A stretch of 64,000 bases of DNA from contig CAVUWA010000002.1 in assembly GCA_963744995.1 (NCBI GenBank), forward strand, positions 1,088,001 to 1,152,000, given 5' to 3'. The notes under the pieces were generated by a model, which ran no database searches, was not told the DNA's origin, and worked only from the letters and a program-made list of their open reading frames with translations. Position 1 is the stretch's first letter; each line of letters opens with the position of its first letter. The DNA comes from Candidatus Eiseniibacteriota bacterium (GTDB lineage Bacteria > Eisenbacteria > RBG-16-71-46). Shown one piece after another: positions 57,868-64,000 of the stretch. The translations under genes and the position numbers were made by a program.

Positions 57868-59712
57868 TCAGACGCCGAGCGTCTCCTGCTGTGCCACCTG
57901 CAGACGCTCGAGGCGCAGCCGGTTGTAGGCCGACATCACGTCGTGCCGTGAGATCAGGCCGACGACCTGCTTGCCCGCCGACGTGCGCGTCACCGGCAGC
58001 TCCTCCACGTCGAGCGACACGAAGCGCTGCATGACCACGTTGAGGTCCTCGTCGAGCGACACCGTGACCGCCGGGGCGGTCATGATCTCGTGCGCGATCA
58101 CCATGTCGGCGGCGTCGCCGCGGTCGAGCAGCGCGCGGATGTCGTTCGCCGACAGGATTCCGACCAGCTTGCCGTCGGCGTCGACCACCGGAAAGTGGTG
58201 CTGGGTGGATTCCCCGAACACGCGCAGGACCTCGCGCAGCGGCGCCGTCTGCAGAATCGTAGTGGGGGGTGGTCCGCTCATGACGTCCCGCACCTTGAGG
58301 TCGGTGAGGATGTCCACGAAGATCGCGCCGCGGTAGGCCGGCGAGTCGAGACGGTTCGGCACCTGGCTGCGGTAGAGCTTCCAGCGACGCCCGATCAGGA
58401 ACGACAGGGCGCATACCCACAGCGCCGGCAGCAGCAGATGATAGTTCCCGGTCATCTCGGAGACCATGACCAGCGTCGAGATCGGGGTCTTCGCGGCGGC
58501 CGCGAAGAATCCGGCCATTCCGACGACCACGAACGCGCCCGGCTGGGTGACGACGTCCGGCATCAGCTGCTGCGCCACCAGGCCGACGATGCCGCCGATG
58601 CTGCCGCCGATCACCATCGAGGGACCGAACACGCCGGCCGAGCCGCCGGAGCCGATCGACAGGCCGGTGGTGACCATCTTGCCGAGCGCAATGGCGAGCA
58701 GCACCGCGATCGGCAGCTGGCCGTTGATCGCGCGCTGCAGCCCGCCGTAGCCGAACGACATCACGTTCAGCACCTGTTCGTTGCGCAGCGTCAGGTAGAG
58801 GGCGAGGCCCAGGGTGCCGCCGATCAGGCCGCCCAGCGCCGGCTTCAGCCACTCCGGCATCTTGAGGTCGTGGAAGCCGTCGTGCAGGCGGTAGAAGATG
58901 GTCACGAACAGACCCGCGCCGATCGCCGACAGCAGCGCCAGCGCCGTGTAGGGGAGCAGCTCCCACGGCGAGTGGAACGAGAAGTCGGGCGTCGCGAACA
59001 GCGCGCCGAAGCCGAACTTCAGCGAGAACACGCAGTACGCCACGATGCTCGACATGGCGGCCGGAATCACGACGTCGGACTCGAACTCGGGGTCCGAGTA
59101 CAGGATCTCCGCCGAGAACAGAGCGCCCGCGAGCGGGGCGCGGAAGATGCTGCCCACGCCGGCGCCGACGCCCGCGGCGAGCAGGATCCGCCGGTCGCGC
59201 TCGGAGAGGCCGAGCCGCGTCGCCAGGAACGAGCCGAAGCCCGCGCCGATCTGCGCGATCGGACCCTCACGGCCGCCGGAACCGCCCGAGCCCAGCGTCA
59301 GCGCCGAGGCGATCGTCTTGATGATCGGCACGTTCCAGCGGATGTAGCCGCCCTTCTGGTGGAAGGCTTCGACCGCGGCGTCGGTGCCGTGCCCGGCCGC
59401 CTCCGGGGCGAAGCGCTGCACCAGAATGCCGCAGAGGATGCCGCCCAGCATCGGCACGATCGGCAGCATCCACGGCCGGAACACCGTACGGGTGGCCGCG
59501 AACAGGGGGATATCGCCGGCGGGTCCCTCCGGCCGGTAGCCGGAGAGCAGATCCAGCATGTAGTGGTGCCCGAGTTCGCTCAGGTACTGGAAGGCGACGG
59601 CGCCTGCACCGGCGACGAGCCCGATGAGGACGCTGTAGATGAGGGCGCGACCGACGCGGCGCAGATTGAGTTGTTCGAGGGAGCGTTCAAGGTGGTGTTG
59701 GACAGGGCGCAC
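57868..59712 (-). CDS. ClC chloride channel/antiporter with two CBS domains
   Basis: [20 protein letters not shown], multiple TMs, C-terminal CBS pair. Confidence 0.93.
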   Translation of the reverse strand: MRPVQHHLERSLEQLNLRRVGRALIYSVLIGLVAGAGAVAFQYLSELGHHYMLDLLSGYRPEGPAGDIPLFAATRTVFRPWMLPIVPMLGGILCGILVQRFAPEAAGHGTDAAVEAFHQKGGYIRWNVPIIKTIASALTLGSGGSGGREGPIAQIGAGFGSFLATRLGLSERDRRILLAAGVGAGVGSIFRAPLAGALFSAEILYSDPEFESDVVIPAAMSSIVAYCVFSLKFGFGALFATPDFSFHSPWELLPYTALALLSAIGAGLFVTIFYRLHDGFHDLKMPEWLKPALGGLIGGTLGLALYLTLRNEQVLNVMSFGYGGLQRAINGQLPIAVLLAIALGKMVTTGLSIGSGGSAGVFGPSMVIGGSIGGIVGLVAQQLMPDVVTQPGAFVVVGMAGFFAAAAKTPISTLVMVSEMTGNYHLLLPALWVCALSFLIGRRWKLYRSQVPNRLDSPAYRGAIFVDILTDLKVRDVMSGPPPTTILQTAPLREVLRVFGESTQHHFPVVDADGKLVGILSANDIRALLDRGDAADMVIAHEIMTAPAVTVSLDEDLNVVMQRFVSLDVEELPVTRTSAGKQVVGLISRHDVMSAYNRLRLERLQVAQQETLGV

Positions 59713-59816
59713 GATCGGGCACCCTAACACAAGCGCCGCCCCCGCTGCCGGAGGGCGGCGGAACGCCCGCGCTGCGGTATGCTGCGCCGAAGTTCCCGTA
59801 TGGAAAGGAGAGCCCC

Positions 59817-60212
59817 ATGCCTCCACGCCCGGTCCGTCGGGCCGCGCTCGCGGTGACGGCCGCCTGCGCGGCCGTGGTGGCGCTCGGCGGCTGTGCCGCC
59901 ACCCGGCCGCAGGCGTCCGCGCCCGCGAGCGAGACCGGCGTCGCCTCGTACTACTCCGCCGCCTTCCACAATGGCCGCACCGCGAGCGGCGAGCGCTACA
60001 GCAAGTACGAGATGACCGCTGCGCACCGCACGCTGCCGTTCGGCACCCGCGTGCGCGTGACCAACCTCGACAACGGCCGCCACGTGGTCGTGCGGATCAA
60101 CGACCGCGGACCGTTCGTCAAGGGGCGGGTCATCGACCTCTCGTACGCGGCGGCGCGCAAGCTCCACATGGTGCGCGCGGGCACGGCGCACGTGCGGATC
60201 GATCCCCTCTAG
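59817..60212 (+). CDS. rlpA: Septal ring lytic transglycosylase RlpA-family lipoprotein
   Basis: LGGC lipobox; [27 protein letters not shown]; no SPOR domain. Confidence 0.93.
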   Translation: MPPRPVRRAALAVTAACAAVVALGGCAATRPQASAPASETGVASYYSAAFHNGRTASGERYSKYEMTAAHRTLPFGTRVRVTNLDNGRHVVVRINDRGPFVKGRVIDLSYAAARKLHMVRAGTAHVRIDPL

Positions 60213-61798
60213 GGCCGCTCCGGCGCGGGCGGCACGCGTGCGTAGCGCACGACCCGCACCGGACCGCTGCTCGATCGGAACACGCGCTCGTCGAGCCGCG
60301 CACGGCCCTGGCCGGCGACGACCTCGGCGCGCCGCGCGACTTCGCGGCGCACGTCGGAATTCGCGCTGCGGATCACGACCCAGACCTCGTCGAAGCCGGC
60401 CGTCTCGGCACGCGCGCGCGCTTCGACCTCGTCGAGCTGCGCGCGCGTGAAGCTCGAGGCGAACGGATCGGCCGGATGCGAGACCTCGAACACGTCCGGC
60501 GCCTGTGCACGGTTGCGGAAGTAGTAGCGCATGGCGTCGTCGTCGAACGGCACAAGCACCGCCACCGAGGTCCCGCCCGCACCGGTGCCGGCGAGCGCGC
60601 CCTGCGCCTCGATGTAGCCCGCGGCGGTGCGCCACGGCTCCTTGGTCCAGGCGGCGTCGTAGCGCCAGACCGCGAATCCCGACGCGGCGAGCAGCAGCAC
60701 GATCCAGATCGCGCGCAACGCCGCCGGGCGCATGCGGAGGGTGCCGTGCGCGATCAGCACGGCAATGAACGGCGTGGTGAACACGAAGTAGCGCGGCAGC
60801 CACAGCGGCGCGCGCAGCGACACCAGGAACACCGCGGCGAGCGGCAGGACCACCGATGCCGCGGCGAAGCGCAGCGTGGCGCCGCGCGGGTCGCGTGCGG
60901 CGAGGGCCGGCAGACAGAGGAGGAGCGGCAGGACCGGCCCGAGGATCAGCAGCCCGTGCGCGACCGAGGCCGGCATCCAGGCCGCCAGCCCCGGCGGCTC
61001 GCCGGGCGCCGCGGTGACGAGCGATACGGGCGAAATCAGGATCGCGCGCAGAGCCAGGAACGTGCCGTGCACGTCGGGCACCGGAACGTACCAGTGGCTC
61101 TGCGGCAGGTGACCGGCCTGCTGGAGGCTCGCGAACAGCCACGGCGCGTAGAGCGCGATCGCCCCCGCCAGCGACAGGAAGAAGCCGCGGGCGTGGCGGC
61201 GGCCCTCGCGCGAGAACAGGATCATTGCGCCGTGGGCGCCGGCGGCGAGCAGGCCGATGGCCTGTGTGTACAAGGCGCCCGCGAGCGCCAGGGCATACCA
61301 GGGCCACCGGTTCGAACGGCCGTGCCACACCGCGCGCGCGAACAGGTACGAGGCCAGCGTCATCCAGGCCGCCACCAGCATGTAGGTGCGCGCCTCCTGC
61401 GCATACATGATCTGGTAGGTCGAGAGCGCGGCGAGGGCCGCCGCCAGCGCGGATTCGGCGCGCGGCGCGAACAGCCGCGCGAAGCGGTACGTGAGCCAGA
61501 CGATCGCCATGGAGGCGAGCACGCTCACCAGCCGCAGCTGGGCCTCGCCGTCGCCCAGCGCGTGGGTCACCGCCGAGGTCAGCATGTAGTAGAGCGGCGG
61601 GCTCGCGTCCTCGTGGATGCAGAAGCGGACGAGATGGGCGAGGGAGCCGTGCGAGGCCGTCCAGGTGCTCGCTTCGTCGGTCCACAGGCTGCGCGCGCCG
61701 AGGTGCCAGATCCGCACCGCGAGCGCGCCGGCCAGCACGAGCCAGACGAGCGCCGCGCCGGCGCGGGAGGGGCGTCGCGGGGCGGCCCGCGTGTTCAT
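60209..61798 (-). CDS. GT-C (family 39-like) glycosyltransferase
   Basis: [27 protein letters not shown] motifs. Confidence 0.88.
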   Translation of the reverse strand: MNTRAAPRRPSRAGAALVWLVLAGALAVRIWHLGARSLWTDEASTWTASHGSLAHLVRFCIHEDASPPLYYMLTSAVTHALGDGEAQLRLVSVLASMAIVWLTYRFARLFAPRAESALAAALAALSTYQIMYAQEARTYMLVAAWMTLASYLFARAVWHGRSNRWPWYALALAGALYTQAIGLLAAGAHGAMILFSREGRRHARGFFLSLAGAIALYAPWLFASLQQAGHLPQSHWYVPVPDVHGTFLALRAILISPVSLVTAAPGEPPGLAAWMPASVAHGLLILGPVLPLLLCLPALAARDPRGATLRFAAASVVLPLAAVFLVSLRAPLWLPRYFVFTTPFIAVLIAHGTLRMRPAALRAIWIVLLLAASGFAVWRYDAAWTKEPWRTAAGYIEAQGALAGTGAGGTSVAVLVPFDDDAMRYYFRNRAQAPDVFEVSHPADPFASSFTRAQLDEVEARARAETAGFDEVWVVIRSANSDVRREVARRAEVVAGQGRARLDERVFRSSSGPVRVVRYARVPPAPERP

Positions 61799-61835
61799 GC
61801 CGGAAGCCGGCGGCACCGCCGTCTCGCGGGGCCGC

Positions 61836-62915
61836 TCACGACTGGTCCGCGAGCAGGATGTCGACCGTGCGCAGGCCGCTCGCGCCGTCCCCGTACGGGT
61901 TCGGCCAGTCGCGCGCGCGGGCACGCATCTCGCGGGCGCGTGCTTCGATCACGGCGGGGTCGGCGCCGGCGAGCACGTTGGCGCCGACTTCGACCGACTC
62001 GGGACGTTCGGTGTTGTCACGCAGCGTCACGCACGGCACGCGCAGGGTGCAGGCCTCTTCCTGCAGTCCGCCCGAATCGGTCAGCACCAGGTCGGCGCCG
62101 GCGTGGAGACCGAGGAAATCCATGTAGCCGAGCGGCGGCAGGAAGCGCACGCCGTCGCCGGCCTCCAGTCCGAGTGAGGCCAGCTTCTTCTGCGTGCGCG
62201 GATGCAGCGCCGCCAGGACCGGAACGCCGAGCGAGCGGCCGGCGCGCGCGAGGCCCTCGAAGATCCCGCGCAGGCGGGTCTCGTTCTCGACGTTCTCGGC
62301 GCGGTGCACCGTGGCGAGCGCGAATGCGCCGCGTGTGACGTCGAAGCGCTCGAACACTTCGGGCCGCTCGGCGCGCGGCCGCTGCAGCAGCAGTTCGTCC
62401 ACGACCGTATTGCCGGTGACATGGATGCGTTCCGGCTGCACGCCCTCACCGAGCAGGATCCGGCGCGAGGCTTCGGTGGGCGCGAACAGGTAGTCGGCGA
62501 GCTGATCGGTGAGCAGCCGGTTGATCTCCTCGGGCATCGTGCGGTCGTAGGAGCGGAGTCCGGCTTCGACGTGGCCGACGCGGATCCCGAGCTTGTTGGC
62601 GGCGATGCCGGCCGCGAGCACGGAGCTGGTGTCGCCCTCGACCAGCAGCACGTCGGGCCGTTCCTCGACGAGGATCGGCTCCATGCCGAGCACGATGCTG
62701 CCGATCTGGTAGGCCTGCGACCCCGAACCGACCTCGAGGTTGCGGTGCGGCGCGGGCAGATCGAGCTCCCTGAAGAACACGCCGTCCATCTCGAACGAAT
62801 AGTGCTGCCCCGTGTGCAGCAGCACGTAGGGCGTTCCGCGCGTGATGCAGGCGCGCACGATCGGCGCCATCTTGATGATTTCGGGACGCGTGCCGACGAC
62901 GATCGCGATCTTCAC
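61836..62915 (-). CDS. wecB: UDP-GlcNAc 2-epimerase (non-hydrolysing)
   Basis: GTRPEIIK, HTGQHY, HVEAGLRS, PEEINR, TDSGGLQEE, TERPE. Confidence 0.95.
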   Translation of the reverse strand: MKIAIVVGTRPEIIKMAPIVRACITRGTPYVLLHTGQHYSFEMDGVFFRELDLPAPHRNLEVGSGSQAYQIGSIVLGMEPILVEERPDVLLVEGDTSSVLAAGIAANKLGIRVGHVEAGLRSYDRTMPEEINRLLTDQLADYLFAPTEASRRILLGEGVQPERIHVTGNTVVDELLLQRPRAERPEVFERFDVTRGAFALATVHRAENVENETRLRGIFEGLARAGRSLGVPVLAALHPRTQKKLASLGLEAGDGVRFLPPLGYMDFLGLHAGADLVLTDSGGLQEEACTLRVPCVTLRDNTERPESVEVGANVLAGADPAVIEARAREMRARARDWPNPYGDGASGLRTVDILLADQS

Positions 62916-64000
62916 GCGGGAACCTCGGCGTCGAGCCGGCTCATCATGCGCTCCACGGCGTTGCAGCAGGAATTCCAGGAATTGACCTGCGGGTAGACCT
63001 GGGCCGTGGATGCCATGTACAGGCGTCCGGGAATGATCGAGAACGGCGGGCAGACGTCGCGGTAGCCGAGCGTCCAGATCGGCTCGACGAACGGCGCGCG
63101 GAACAGGAACTGGTCGACCACCGTGCGTCCGGCGTCGGGGAAGAGCTCGGCCAGATCCCGGCGGTAGTCCGCGAGCAGTGCTTCGTCCGGCCGCTCGAAG
63201 AGCTCGCTCGAGCGGTGCGTGTAGTTGACGAGGTAGGTCACGTAGAGTCCGTTCGAGCGCTCCAGCGGCACCAGATTCGACATCTCGATCACGCCCTGGC
63301 AGGTCGCGCCGCTGTCCACGATGGGCATCCAGTAGTAGGGCGAGAGCGGTTTCTCGAGCAGGAATACGCCGCTCACCACGCCCTGGTAGTCGAGATCCAG
63401 GTCGCGGACCTTCTGCGGGATCGGCAGCGAGGCCGTCATCCTGCGAAACTGGATCAGCGGCGAAGTGCTCACGACGAGGTCGAACGTCCGGCGCCCACCG
63501 GGCTCGAGCGCGAGCGCCATGCGCTCGCCGTCCTGCTCGATGGCGGTCACCCGCGTGTTCAGGCGGATCTCGGCGCCCCGCGAGGTGAGCGAGCGCTCGA
63601 ATGCGTCGATCAGCGAACGATAACCGTGCTTCAGGCAGCCCTTCGTCTCGCGCTTGACGTTCTTCTCGCGGTTCATGCGGCTCGACAGCCACAGTGCCGG
63701 GATGCCCGAATAACTGTCGCCGAGCTTCGCCACCAGCATCGGCTTCCACAGGATCTCGAACGCACGCTCGCCGATCATTCCGCGGATCCAGTCCGCCACC
63801 GCGATCCGATCGAGGCCGGGGTCCAGCCCGCCGAGCCGCGTGCGGATCGCCATGAGCCCGAGCCGCAGGCGGTCGACGATCGGCAGCGGCGAGAAGCGCA
63901 GCAGATCGGCCGGAGTGTTGAGCGGATACACGCGGCGCCGGTACATGAAGCCCATGTCGGTGCCGCGCCAGAGCAGATCGTCGCCCAGGCCCACGGCGCG
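62912..64000 (-). CDS. FAD-dependent oxidoreductase (amine oxidase/PPO-like), 5'-truncated
   Basis: WKPMLVAKLG, GYRSLIDA, AEIRLNTRV, YLVNY, QVYP motifs; GTGA overlap with wecB. Confidence 0.75.
   Translation of the reverse strand, partial: RAVGLGDDLLWRGTDMGFMYRRRVYPLNTPADLLRFSPLPIVDRLRLGLMAIRTRLGGLDPGLDRIAVADWIRGMIGERAFEILWKPMLVAKLGDSYSGIPALWLSSRMNREKNVKRETKGCLKHGYRSLIDAFERSLTSRGAEIRLNTRVTAIEQDGERMALALEPGGRRTFDLVVSTSPLIQFRRMTASLPIPQKVRDLDLDYQGVVSGVFLLEKPLSPYYWMPIVDSGATCQGVIEMSNLVPLERSNGLYVTYLVNYTHRSSELFERPDEALLADYRRDLAELFPDAGRTVVDQFLFRAPFVEPIWTLGYRDVCPPFSIIPGRLYMASTAQVYPQVNSWNSCCNAVERMMSRLDAEVPA

Overview
A very GC-rich (about 70-73% by eye) bacterial chromosome segment with no rRNA, tRNA, CRISPR array or intact mobile element visible. 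The gene content suggests an uncultured diderm lineage (possibly Candidatus Eisenbacteria or a relative; not verifiable here). 1-16.3 kb: dcw cluster (STAS gene, rsmH, ftsL, ftsI, murE/F, mraY, murD, ftsW, murG, murC, ftsQ/A/Z; no murB or ddl). 16.5-29.7 kb: TPR protein, decayed HNH fragment, frameshifted recG, cytochrome c, a PatA/PimA-like glycolipid operon, an MglA-like GTPase and an orphan trpA. 26.5-42 kb holds the main find: a compact sigma28/sigma54 regulatory circuit with no flagellar structural gene or flhF in the window. It comprises a PDZ-TM-PP2C phosphatase, csrA, an FlgM-like protein, a PAS kinase with a sigma54 activator, a receiver, a stand-alone sigma region-4 protein, FlhG, FliA/WhiG, a stand-alone DHp, a degenerate GGDEF and a hybrid kinase. 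Its wiring can be read from the DNA: four TYAAG-N15-GCCGATA sigma28 boxes and a sigma54 -24/-12 promoter with an upstream tandem repeat. One sigma28 box precedes an 18-aa hydrophobic peptide missing from the ORF track. 42-64 kb: envelope glycosylation genes (GT-C, GT2, Wzi, wecB), cyclophilin, valS with a probable ATT start and a TMGH motif, ClC channel and RlpA.
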